A stretch of 32,000 nucleotides of DNA from Methanopyrus kandleri AV19. Lineage in GTDB: Archaea > JAADCQ01 > Methanopyri > Methanopyrales > Methanopyraceae. Below the pieces are notes generated by a model. The model was given only the letters and a program-made list of their open reading frames with translations, did no database searches and was not told the DNA's origin. A program made the position numbers and the translations under genes. The first letter of the stretch is position 1. Each line of letters begins with the position of its first letter. Below are positions 16,518 to 25,197 of this stretch, piece by piece. The stretch is from positions 695,456 to 727,455 of the forward strand of contig NC_003551.1 of assembly GCF_000007185.1 (NCBI RefSeq), read 5' to 3'.

Positions 16518-16967
16518 CTACCTCGGCAGTCCGTAGTCTTCGATCACCCGGACCACGACGACCCCTGATCGTTTGATCGTGATCTGGACGGATCGAATGG
16601 GTTTGATCTTCGTTCCCGGGATCACGCTCCTCATCGCGTATATCCTCGCCCTCCTGATCGCCTCGTGCAGCGGGATTTTCTTGCCTTCCGGGGTGATGAG
16701 GGTTCCGCCCTTGATAACCGAACCGGGACGCAGGCCCGACGCCATCACGTTGCTACGTATGACCTCTTCCGGCAGGAAATCGCAGCCGACTACGTCGATA
16801 CCTATGATCCTGAGTCCCTCTTGCTTGGGTACCGGACGTGCCGCCCACGCTGTGTACTCCGCGATTCTTCCGATGCTGAGGAGTAGAGCACCCATCAGCA
16901 TGATCGCCAGGTTACGCCGGGAAACGGGCCACGGTTTGATCCACTTCCTCTTCCTTTCCTCTTCCAC
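16518..16967 (-). CDS. bitopic membrane protein (N-in) with FtsQ/DivIB POTRA-like external domain
   Basis: Basic N-terminus EEERKRKW and TM LAIMLMGALLLSIG. Then LRIIGIDVVGCDFLPEEVIRSNV..GLRPGSVI ... IRSVQITIKRSGVVVVRVIE follows the POTRA beta-alpha-alpha-beta-beta pattern of FtsQ. 2-nt gap to the upstream Mur ligase. Confidence 0.5.
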   Translation of the reverse strand: MEEERKRKWIKPWPVSRRNLAIMLMGALLLSIGRIAEYTAWAARPVPKQEGLRIIGIDVVGCDFLPEEVIRSNVMASGLRPGSVIKGGTLITPEGKKIPLHEAIRRARIYAMRSVIPGTKIKPIRSVQITIKRSGVVVVRVIEDYGLPR

Positions 16968-16969
16968 CG

Positions 16970-18400
16970 CTAGATCGCCCCCATATCGCGCAGGACCTCT
17001 CGAGCAGGTTCCATTCCTTGGGCTCCTCCCAGTAGAATCACGGTGTCGTCGTCCGCCAAGTCCAGTGCGCGCTCCAAAGCGTCTTCTAACCGATCGTAGT
17101 GCTCGTAGTCGATGCCGGAGCGCTCCAGTTCCTCCAGGAACGCCCTCCGCTCCTCAGGCCGCACTACGTTAGCATCGTCCACGAGGCCCTCTGATGAGGT
17201 CGCGATCACGTGGACGTGGATTCCCTCGTCCTGTAGATCCTTCGCGCCTTCAGCCAGCGCCCGAGCGATTTGACGGTTAATGTCGACGCCACGCGACCCG
17301 CGGATCGCGAACACAACAATCACCTTGGAGCGACCCAACCGTCGCAGGGCGCGAACAGTGGCGAGTACTCCGTCGGGATTGTGGCAGAAATCGTCGTAAA
17401 TCAGCGGGTCGTCGCACAGGCGTTCGAACCTCCGCTTCAAGGGTTGGTACGTCCTCAAGCCTTCGGCGATATCCTCCCGATCTATTCCTAGAGCTCCCGC
17501 GGCGGCTACGGCGGCCAACGCGTTGTACAGGAAGTGGTCCACCGGTAGGGGGAACTCCCGGACGGGTATTAGGGGTTCTTCGTCCAGTACTATCCACTCC
17601 TCCCCGTCGCGTTCCTCAATGTGGGAGTATCCTTCGTCCCATCCGTACCATACCGTCTCCACACCTTCCCTGGTCATCCGCCGTACGTACCGATCGTCAC
17701 GGTTGAGCACCGCGATACCTCCCTTTCGTAGGGCCCGCACGACACCGTATACAGCGTCAACCATCTCTTCCAGAGAGGAAACCAGGTTCGTGTGGTCCAC
17801 CCCGACGTTCGTCACGACCGCCAGCTCGCATTTGAGGGCCTTCGCCATCCGGTAGGCGTGGTCCTCCATTATTCGACCCGTAGGTAAGCCTTGTACCTCA
17901 GATACCTCCACGCACAGGTAATCTTCCGGCCGTTCCTCGCGCAACTCCATCGCGACCACGGGGTCTATGAGGGTGTTCTTCTCGGAACGGAAATCCGTGT
18001 TGCAGTAAGCATCGAAGCCGGCGGTATCGAGGATGTGGTGAAGCAAGTGATTCGTAGTCGACTTACCGTTAGTTCCCGTCACGCAGATCGCGGTAGCGTC
18101 AGGGGCGCACTTCTCACGGGCTACGCGCAGAGCGTACTCGTTCGCCCGATCCACCTCCGTCAGGATCAAGGGGATTCCGAGCTCGTCGCATCTCTCGATC
18201 AGCTTGCCGCGCGGGTGTTCAGTCACCAGACATGCCACGCCTCTCTCCGACGCGATCTCGGCACCTTTATCGTCCAACCACCATCGGATCACTACATCTC
18301 CTTCTTTCGCCCTTCCTAACGTGGAGAACCATCCGGCGATCATACTATCCGGGTCGCCTGAGCGTATTTCCCCTTCCACATTCTCAGCCAGCTCCCTCAC
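16970..18400 (-). CDS. Mur-ligase family protein (MurE/MurF-like; pseudomurein peptide ligase candidate)
   Basis: P-loop VTGTNGKSTT, TNVGVDH, DDFCHNPDG and a C-terminal Mur-ligase domain (VVFAIRGSRG ... ILLGGAQG). Confidence 0.85.
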   Translation of the reverse strand: MRELAENVEGEIRSGDPDSMIAGWFSTLGRAKEGDVVIRWWLDDKGAEIASERGVACLVTEHPRGKLIERCDELGIPLILTEVDRANEYALRVAREKCAPDATAICVTGTNGKSTTNHLLHHILDTAGFDAYCNTDFRSEKNTLIDPVVAMELREERPEDYLCVEVSEVQGLPTGRIMEDHAYRMAKALKCELAVVTNVGVDHTNLVSSLEEMVDAVYGVVRALRKGGIAVLNRDDRYVRRMTREGVETVWYGWDEGYSHIEERDGEEWIVLDEEPLIPVREFPLPVDHFLYNALAAVAAAGALGIDREDIAEGLRTYQPLKRRFERLCDDPLIYDDFCHNPDGVLATVRALRRLGRSKVIVVFAIRGSRGVDINRQIARALAEGAKDLQDEGIHVHVIATSSEGLVDDANVVRPEERRAFLEELERSGIDYEHYDRLEDALERALDLADDDTVILLGGAQGMEPAREVLRDMGAI

Positions 18401-18421
18401 CGTGAGCTTCAGCAGCGCCCC

Positions 18422-19492
18422 TCACCCCACGGAGATCCAGAGTGCCACGGCGGCGAACACCGCTCCGGCGGTCCAATGGAGCGCCACAACCACGGGTTCG
18501 GGTAGGTCGTACTTGTACTGGATATGGTGGTGGAGAGGTTCCACAGCCAACCGGATCACGCCGGCTCGGTGAAGCAAGCTGATGAGCGTGGACAGTACTG
18601 GGACTCCTAAGGCGATCATAGCAGGTATCTCGATCTTGTAATATAGTGCTCCTGCCGCGTAAGCCGCCCCTAAGAAGCAACTCCCCGTGTCTCCCATGAA
18701 GATCTTAGCCGGGTATCTGTTATGGAACAGGAAACCCAGGGACGCTCCGGCAAGTGATGCGAAGAAGGCAGCACCCGGAAGCTGGCCCTGTCCCAGGCAT
18801 ACGCCGGAGCAAGCCAGTGAGGCCAGGAACAGCAGCCCGGCGGCCAGACCGTCCATCCCGTCGATGAGGTTCACGGCGTTGGTAGCGCCGACAATTCCGA
18901 ACACCGCGACCGGATAGAAAAGGTACGAGAGGTTCCAAACGCCGACCTTGGGTATCCAGAGCCATGTGGCGGGGACGATAGGAAGAACGAAGAGGGCGGC
19001 GCCAGTCTGTAGTGCGAGTTTCTCACGTTCACTCAATTCTTTCTTGATAGGCACCTCACCGACGATCTCGATGGCATCCGGGTCCTCTTCGAGTATCCTC
19101 TTCAGATCACGTTTCGCTTTCTCCGTGGCTACACGTGCCTCCTCGCCCGGTTGTAGTATGAGTCTTCCCAGCTCGATCGGTCGATTCGAGACGTTCCGTA
19201 CGACCTTCTGGAACTCTTCCACCTGCAATCCGAGCAGGTCGTCCACTATTCCTAGCACCATCATGGGGAGCGCTGAAGCTATAGGAGGGAGCGCCTGGAT
19301 GGAAGCTAGGAGGGGGCCGGACGCCGTTCCCAGTAAGATCCCCAGACCTCCCATGATGGGCATGCCGGACTTATGCGCGTGTTCCGTTACGATCGGGCGG
19401 TCTACCACGTTAGCTTCCCGCATGTACTTGCGGAGTAATCCAACCGTTACGGCCGAGGTTACTGTGGAGAGTGTAAACGTCTCGATGATCAT
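18422..19492 (-). CDS. MraY/WecA-family polyprenyl-phosphate phospho-sugar transferase (GT4)
   Basis: LGIVDDLLGL, NAVNLIDGMDGLA and FMGDTGS. There is an unusual ~75-aa charged insertion (EEFQKVVRNVSN ... KKELSEREKLA) between TM segments. Confidence 0.85.
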   Translation of the reverse strand: MIIETFTLSTVTSAVTVGLLRKYMREANVVDRPIVTEHAHKSGMPIMGGLGILLGTASGPLLASIQALPPIASALPMMVLGIVDDLLGLQVEEFQKVVRNVSNRPIELGRLILQPGEEARVATEKAKRDLKRILEEDPDAIEIVGEVPIKKELSEREKLALQTGAALFVLPIVPATWLWIPKVGVWNLSYLFYPVAVFGIVGATNAVNLIDGMDGLAAGLLFLASLACSGVCLGQGQLPGAAFFASLAGASLGFLFHNRYPAKIFMGDTGSCFLGAAYAAGALYYKIEIPAMIALGVPVLSTLISLLHRAGVIRLAVEPLHHHIQYKYDLPEPVVVALHWTAGAVFAAVALWISVG

Positions 19493-19508
19493 CGTCCGCT
19501 CCCCACGG

Positions 19509-20648
19509 TCATAAGTACTCCTCGATTTCCCTCAGCCTCCGTCGATACTCACGTTCGGCCCGCTTCACGTCCGCTCCTGCAGCCTTGAGCGCTGAGCGGA
19601 GCCTCGTGAGGGCTTCTTTAAAAGAGTCCCCCCTCACGGTGACACGACCACCTACGTCGAAGCGTCCATAGTACTCGTAGAACACGTGGTACACTCCGCC
19701 GTCGAACATCTCACGCAGGGGATCCTTGTCCGTAGGGCGCCAAACGGGACACTCGATGGCGCACCATAATTTCCTTATCTTCGGTGGCCTCCATCGATCG
19801 GCCGCCATATCGACCAGCTCACGGAGCGGCCATATTCCCGTGCATCCGGACGTCATGTACCTGGTGCCGCTGGGTCTCGGGTTGAACTCGAGGAACCAGA
19901 ACTCGTTCTCCCGGACTACCACGTCGAAGTCCACGTTGCCCTCCAGTCCCAGATGTTCCACGACTCTTACCGCGCACCTTCTTATCTTGCGCTCCACGGA
20001 CGGGTCGATCGGGGCCGGGCTCATCCGCATACGATCGATCGGATGACGACGGTCCGCCGTGGATCCTTTGAACACCGGAACCAGCGGCACCACCTCACCG
20101 TCCCAGGATAGAACTTCGATCGAAACTTCCGCACCTTCGATGAACTCCTCTACCAGCTTACGTCCCGATACTCTCGGCTTGTGCGTCTCGTGGACCGTGA
20201 CTCCGAGCCCCGCCTGTGACCGTGGATCCTTCACGACTACCGGTGGACTGATCGATGGCCTTTCGTTCTCGACGACTTCCCATTCAGGCGTCGGTACGTT
20301 CAGTTCTTCGAAGGCGCGTTTCGTTCTCACTTTATCGATCCCGATTTCAACGCTCTCGCGATCAGACGCCACAACCCGGATACCTTCGGCTTCCAGCTCT
20401 TCTTTCATCTCCCCCACTGCCGGTAGCGGATCGTCTACACCGATGAGTGGTACTACACCGTCTACGTGCCGCTCGCGGGCGATTCTCGTGGGATGTTCCA
20501 TACCGCGCGGTACGAAGTGCACCTCATCCGCCAGCTCCCAGTCCCTGCTCCTCGGGTTCGACTCGGTGAGTATACGGTACACTCCCGTGGAGCCGGCGTA
20601 CTCCGCCACGTCCCGGAGTAGCCTCGCGCCGACGAAGAGTACCTTCAC
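19509..20648 (-). CDS. ATP-grasp ligase (carbamoyl-phosphate-synthase/Ddl-like)
   Basis: Pre-ATP-grasp Rossmann MKVLFVGA, ATP-grasp body (KVRTKRAFEELNVPTP ... VVVKDPRSQAGLGV ... LVEEFIEG ... FLEFNPRPSG). 4-nt overlap with the upstream Mur ligase. Confidence 0.8.
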   Translation of the reverse strand: MKVLFVGARLLRDVAEYAGSTGVYRILTESNPRSRDWELADEVHFVPRGMEHPTRIARERHVDGVVPLIGVDDPLPAVGEMKEELEAEGIRVVASDRESVEIGIDKVRTKRAFEELNVPTPEWEVVENERPSISPPVVVKDPRSQAGLGVTVHETHKPRVSGRKLVEEFIEGAEVSIEVLSWDGEVVPLVPVFKGSTADRRHPIDRMRMSPAPIDPSVERKIRRCAVRVVEHLGLEGNVDFDVVVRENEFWFLEFNPRPSGTRYMTSGCTGIWPLRELVDMAADRWRPPKIRKLWCAIECPVWRPTDKDPLREMFDGGVYHVFYEYYGRFDVGGRVTVRGDSFKEALTRLRSALKAAGADVKRAEREYRRRLREIEEYL

Positions 20649-22183
20649 CTTTCGTCCCCCAGCACTCGCTCGACTTCTTCAGAGATCTCTTCCCGGTACT
20701 TCAGCGGAGCCTCTCCGAACAACACTACCACTTCGCAGTCCGAGCGGAGCGCCTCCTTGAGACCGTCCAACACCTGCTCCCGAGAGGCACCCAGTGTACC
20801 CTTCTTCTCGAACGGCTTGGTGGCGCTCTCCGCTGCGATCACGTTGTCGGCGTCGACGCGGTCCATGACTTCGTACGCCGCGTACGATGCCACCACCACT
20901 AGGTCGGCGAGATCCGCAGCTCTTCTGAGTATCTCTTCGTCTCCTTCCGGTCCCAGCTCCGAAGCTACGGCGATTACCGCGCAGACGCGCCGCTCCCGGT
21001 AAGCCTCCTTCACGCATCTCAACGTCGCGTCCACGCCGGCGGGATTATGGCCGTAGTCTAAGATCACGACTCGCTCGCCGTCGTCCCAGAGTACTTCTAA
21101 CCTGCCCTCGACTCCTTCGAAGGACTGTAGCGCCTCTACCACGTCCTCCACATCAAGTCCCAAGAACTCGGAGCAGACGGCTATCGCCGCGAGGGCGTTG
21201 TAAGCGTTGTGGAGCCCCATCACGGGTAGTCGAACCTCGTACTCCCCATCGGGACAGATCAGTCGGAACCCGGACAAGTCAACGTCCGTAGCTAGGTAGT
21301 CCGGCTCGGGAGATCGCAGGCCACACTCCCGGCACTTGAAGGGACCGACCCAAGGGAGGATCTCATGGACTTCAACGTGTCCGCCGCACCAGCACTCTTT
21401 TTCCGAGGTATCGAACGGTTCCACGTCCAACCCGTAGTACACGATATCGCCGTTGAAATCCACCACCTCGGGGGCACCAACTACCAACGGGTCTTGAGCG
21501 TTCAGCACGGCTAGCTCGATGGTGTCCGGCTCCAACAGTTCGGCCTCACATCTGGCGTACGTCAGGAAATCGCCCGCCTCGTTCAGATGGTCCGGGGTGA
21601 TGTTGGTAACGCAGACGCACTCCACCTGGGATAACTCCGCGGCTTCCAGGATCTCCCCTCTCTTCCCGAAAGTTGCTATCTCTAAGACGCTGACGTCCCC
21701 TGGGAGACGCGCCTGAAGTGGGGGGAGTAATCCGACGTTCCCTTGCATGCCCGGCAAACCGTGGTGCGGGGCCTCGAGCCCGAGTTGCTCGCACACGTGC
21801 CTGATCATCGCCACAGTCGTGGTCTTCCCGTTGGTCCCACCGACTCCGATCACCGGTCGTGTGGGCGGTAACATGTCGAGGAGCTCCTTCACTTCCACGA
21901 TTTCGCAGCCGTGATCCTCGGCCAGTCGGTACGGCTTAGCATCGCGTGATAGGCTCGGAGGAGGTACCACAACTTCGGCTCGTTCGAAGATCTCGGGTGG
22001 GTGGCCTCCCAATACGAGCTCCACGTTACTGTATTCGAGAAGCGTCTCGGCGAACTCGCACTCATCCCGGAGATCCGACGCGATCACATCGTATCCGCGC
22101 TCCGCGAGGACCCGGGCCGCTAGATTGCATACGGGCCCACAGACCCCGATCACGAGAACGGTCGACCAGGGAAGTTCGGCCAA
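20645..22183 (-). CDS. Mur-ligase family protein with MurC/D-like N-domain and MurT-like Cys4 zinc ribbon insertion
   Basis: N-terminal Rossmann LVIGVCGPVCNLAARVLAERGYDVIASD. P-loop GVGGTNGKTTT and TNITPDHL. Ribbon CWCGG-x17-CRECG at nt 21323-21394. DYGHNPAG. TTG start. Confidence 0.85.
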   Translation of the reverse strand: MAELPWSTVLVIGVCGPVCNLAARVLAERGYDVIASDLRDECEFAETLLEYSNVELVLGGHPPEIFERAEVVVPPPSLSRDAKPYRLAEDHGCEIVEVKELLDMLPPTRPVIGVGGTNGKTTTVAMIRHVCEQLGLEAPHHGLPGMQGNVGLLPPLQARLPGDVSVLEIATFGKRGEILEAAELSQVECVCVTNITPDHLNEAGDFLTYARCEAELLEPDTIELAVLNAQDPLVVGAPEVVDFNGDIVYYGLDVEPFDTSEKECWCGGHVEVHEILPWVGPFKCRECGLRSPEPDYLATDVDLSGFRLICPDGEYEVRLPVMGLHNAYNALAAIAVCSEFLGLDVEDVVEALQSFEGVEGRLEVLWDDGERVVILDYGHNPAGVDATLRCVKEAYRERRVCAVIAVASELGPEGDEEILRRAADLADLVVVASYAAYEVMDRVDADNVIAAESATKPFEKKGTLGASREQVLDGLKEALRSDCEVVVLFGEAPLKYREEISEEVERVLGDER

Positions 22184-22235
22184 CCGCGCACCCCGCCGAG
22201 GGGCTGGGGACGCGGTGAGTTGAACCTGTCGGGGA

Positions 22236-23240
22236 TCACGGCCGCGCTCCCGGTATCGTTCGGCCGTACTCGGCCAGTATCGACCTCATGAGCTTTTTAA
22301 CGTCGCGAAGAAGGCGTTCGGCTTCCTCCCTGTCACCGGTCGCTAACCGTACGAACGCTTCGATATCGAGGTGTTCCACCCGGTCGTCGATCTTTCCGTA
22401 CTCCGACATTACGAAGTACAGTTGCGTGAACCTCTCCCTCCGCTCGACCCTGTTGAGGGTTCCGCGTACCAGCGACCTCAGGGCTTGACGTGCGTACATG
22501 AGCAGCCGGTACGTGAGGTCTCGGATGATTTCATCCTCATCTCTCGGTCCGTCCGGGATACCGTTTGGGAACGCTGCTTTCTCTTCCAACCCCAAGATAT
22601 CCAGCACGCGTTCCGGATCCTCCTCTGGGGTCTCCGTCTCCCGGAGGTACGCTAGGGCCTCTTGAGGTGTTGCCACACCTTCCAGCATGATGGTACATGC
22701 GCGACCTGTCAGAGGGTTGTACCCGACCTCCTCTATGAACCTGTGCACGCCGTACGGACGGATCGGACACGTGTACTCGGGATTGAACCAGCCCAGACTG
22801 CTCACGATATCGCGGATGTCTTCCCACGTCCACCGACGGAGTGCCGGGTACCGGACCACGGTGACTCCTGGAGGGTAGGGGTGGGTAGTGCGTCTCCCGA
22901 ACTTCCCGCGGAGCTCGTGACCGGTGAGGACTGTTGCGCATCCTAGTTCACGGGCGCGAAGGCACGCGGCGGTTAGGACGCTTCTACCACACTTCGTACA
23001 TATCGGGCGTCCTTCCTTCAGAGCCCGCGCGAACCATTCTCGAAGTCGTAGCTTGACCACCTCGTGATCCACGCCGACGTGTTCCGCGGCTTTCCGGGCG
23101 TTCTCTAAACATGTCTTATCGGTGAACTCGTGGACTACTGTTACGGCTACCTTAACATTCCACCTATCGGCGGCGTCTATCAGCGTGGCTACACTGTCCT
23201 TACCGCCGGAAAGTGCTATGCTGGAGGGAGGGCTAGTCAT
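22236..23240 (-). CDS. PP-loop ATP pyrophosphatase (TtcA/TilS-like N-domain) with unassigned helical C-terminal half
   Basis: SGGKDS PP-loop. CTKCGRSVLTAACLRARELGCATVLTGHE resembles the CxxC...GH block of TtcA-type enzymes. The ATG overlaps the gltX stop by 8 nt. Confidence 0.7.
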   Translation of the reverse strand: MTSPPSSIALSGGKDSVATLIDAADRWNVKVAVTVVHEFTDKTCLENARKAAEHVGVDHEVVKLRLREWFARALKEGRPICTKCGRSVLTAACLRARELGCATVLTGHELRGKFGRRTTHPYPPGVTVVRYPALRRWTWEDIRDIVSSLGWFNPEYTCPIRPYGVHRFIEEVGYNPLTGRACTIMLEGVATPQEALAYLRETETPEEDPERVLDILGLEEKAAFPNGIPDGPRDEDEIIRDLTYRLLMYARQALRSLVRGTLNRVERRERFTQLYFVMSEYGKIDDRVEHLDIEAFVRLATGDREEAERLLRDVKKLMRSILAEYGRTIPGARP

Positions 23241-24948
23241 GCGCGTACACAGCCCTTACCCCACCGCTGGAGACCTCTTCGAGTCGCACGAAGTACAGCC
23301 GTTCGAACTGGACGGTGCTGCCGGCCTGTTCGCGCTCGACGTTAATTTCGGCGTATCCACTCTCAACGCTACCGTCCGGGCGGACGACCTCGCACCGTAC
23401 TGCCTGGTCGGGCGGTACCCAGTGGACGATTTGAGCACCTTCCTCTTTCGCGATTCGGTAGTCGTCGCTGTGATACCTGCCTCGCAACCATCCGTCTCCG
23501 ACTTCCTCGATCTCGACGTTGACGGCGTTCATCAGCCGAACTACGTCGCCCTCCCACAGGTCTTCTGCGTCTTCACCGTCCAACAGTGCTCGGGCCACGC
23601 CGTTCTCAGGATGTAGAATTAAGACCCTCTCTCCCTCATCCCGATCGGGGTGTAGAGGCAGTCGGGCCAGGACCGACTCCTTCATCCCTTCGATCCGTAA
23701 TTCGACAGGATCACGGACGAAGAAGTACCGGTGAGACTCAGGGTCGATCATCTTACGGTTCCGAGCGTAAAGATGCTCCCAGCTGAACGTCGCGTCCACG
23801 TCGGTCAGGCCGATCTCGAGGATAGTCTCACGTATTGCTTCCGGCTTAATACCCCGGCGTCGGAGGGCGCGTAAGGTAGCCACTCGGACGTCGTCCCACC
23901 CTGTGTACTCTCCTGAATCGATTCCACGGCGGATCTCGGAAGTGCTTAGCACGGCACCTTCAACCTTCAGAATCCCGTAGTGAACGTATTCCGGAGTGTC
24001 CCACCCCAGATGCTCGAACACGTACTTCTGACGCCGTGTGTTGGACTCATGATCCTTCCCACGAAGTACGTGCGTGATGTTCATGAGATGGTCGTCCACA
24101 GCGACGGCGAAGTTCATCGTCGGCCACACAAGGTACCGAGAACCCGTCATCGGGTGCTCTTCTTCGACGATCCTGAACGCTATCCACTCCCTCACCGCGG
24201 GATCCGGGTGATCAACTTCGGTCTTGACACGTACGACGGCTTCTCCTTCTGAGAAAGTACCGTCCAACATCTCCTCCCAGAGCTCGAGGTTCTCCTCCTT
24301 ATCCCGAGAGCGGCACGGGCAGGCTCGCCCCACGTCGCGGAGTCTCCGGAACTCGTCTGGATCACAGGTACAAACGTACGCCCCTTCCCGCTCCAGCAGC
24401 TCCTCGCAAACCATGTAATACAGTTCTATCCTGTTAGACTGCACGTACCGTTCGTCGATGTTGACTCCGAGCCACTCCAGATCCTCTTCGATCATGTCGT
24501 AGGCCTCAGGGTCCACGCGACGCGGGTCGGTGTCTTCAATGCGGAGGACTAAGGTGCCGTCGTACCTTCTAGCGTATTCGTCGTTAAGTACTGCGGCACG
24601 GGCGTGACCTATGTGGAGGGGACCCGAAGGGTTCGGTGCGAACCGAAGGCGAACGTTCCCCGGTTCAGCTCCGGGAAGGGGTTTGAGCCCTTCTTTGTCC
24701 CGGGCTACGTCTTCGCGCGGTCCTCCGAGTTCTTCCAGCTCGCGTCTGATTTCCTCTCCGGACATCTTGTTAACTTCGCGGACCACCTCTCTGACGGTCT
24801 TCAGGACTTCTTTCGCCCTAGGACGTAGCTCTTCGTGTTCCTTCATGATCTTCTTCATCACCGCGTTGGGATTCGCCCTCCCACCGTATCGGGCCGCGTT
24901 CTCCAGAGCGTACCTGCGGACGAGATCTCGAAGTTCCTTCTCCTCCAC
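23233..24948 (-). CDS. gltX: glutamyl-tRNA synthetase (archaeal type)
   Basis: FAPNPSGPLHIGHARAA (HIGH), class I catalytic core and an archaeal/eukaryal-type anticodon-binding C-terminus. GTG start with GGAG 8 nt upstream. Confidence 0.95.
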   Translation of the reverse strand: MEEKELRDLVRRYALENAARYGGRANPNAVMKKIMKEHEELRPRAKEVLKTVREVVREVNKMSGEEIRRELEELGGPREDVARDKEGLKPLPGAEPGNVRLRFAPNPSGPLHIGHARAAVLNDEYARRYDGTLVLRIEDTDPRRVDPEAYDMIEEDLEWLGVNIDERYVQSNRIELYYMVCEELLEREGAYVCTCDPDEFRRLRDVGRACPCRSRDKEENLELWEEMLDGTFSEGEAVVRVKTEVDHPDPAVREWIAFRIVEEEHPMTGSRYLVWPTMNFAVAVDDHLMNITHVLRGKDHESNTRRQKYVFEHLGWDTPEYVHYGILKVEGAVLSTSEIRRGIDSGEYTGWDDVRVATLRALRRRGIKPEAIRETILEIGLTDVDATFSWEHLYARNRKMIDPESHRYFFVRDPVELRIEGMKESVLARLPLHPDRDEGERVLILHPENGVARALLDGEDAEDLWEGDVVRLMNAVNVEIEEVGDGWLRGRYHSDDYRIAKEEGAQIVHWVPPDQAVRCEVVRPDGSVESGYAEINVEREQAGSTVQFERLYFVRLEEVSSGGVRAVYAHD

Positions 24949-25154
24949 GGTCCATTCTCCCCGAGATAATCAGTGAGGGGGTGTCCCCCGTCCTCCGGCC
25001 CCGGGATCATCGACAGGCGACGGCCTTCTCCCCCGGGGGACCCAGACGGGAGTCATCTTTTGCGAAGTCTGGCCCCGGACGCCGCCGACTCATTAGCCCC
25101 TTAATTACGTTCTCCCCGCTACGGAGAGGCGCAGTACCGGGCCCGACCCAGACC

Positions 25155-25170
25155 CGAAATTTCTATATAG
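25155..25170 (+). promoter_or_regulatory. archaeal BRE/TATA-like element CGAAATTTCTATATAG upstream of tRNA-Lys
   Basis: The only strong TATA-like string in the spacer. Its centre is about 33 nt upstream of the mature tRNA 5' end, which would give a short leader. Confidence 0.45.
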
Positions 25171-25197
25171 ATCCTCGAGGGTAGTTCGGTTCGGGTC

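Noticed and set aside
20059-20760. 233-aa plus-strand ORF, with similar long antisense ORFs at 16573-17172, 18948-19514, 9516-10124, 25328-26074, 28430-29002 and 29308-29976
   Set aside because: All lie antisense to genes with strong family signatures (ATP-grasp, Mur ligase, MraY, NAD kinase, ArgRS, UMP kinase, methyltransferase). All encode Ser/Thr/Pro/Arg-rich low-complexity sequence. They are treated as compositional artefacts.
24981-25184. 67-aa plus-strand ORF in the gltX/tRNA-Lys spacer
   Set aside because: The translation is Pro/Arg/Gly-rich with no motif. The ORF runs through the palindromic spacer and the tRNA TATA box. The region is better explained as regulatory or leader sequence.
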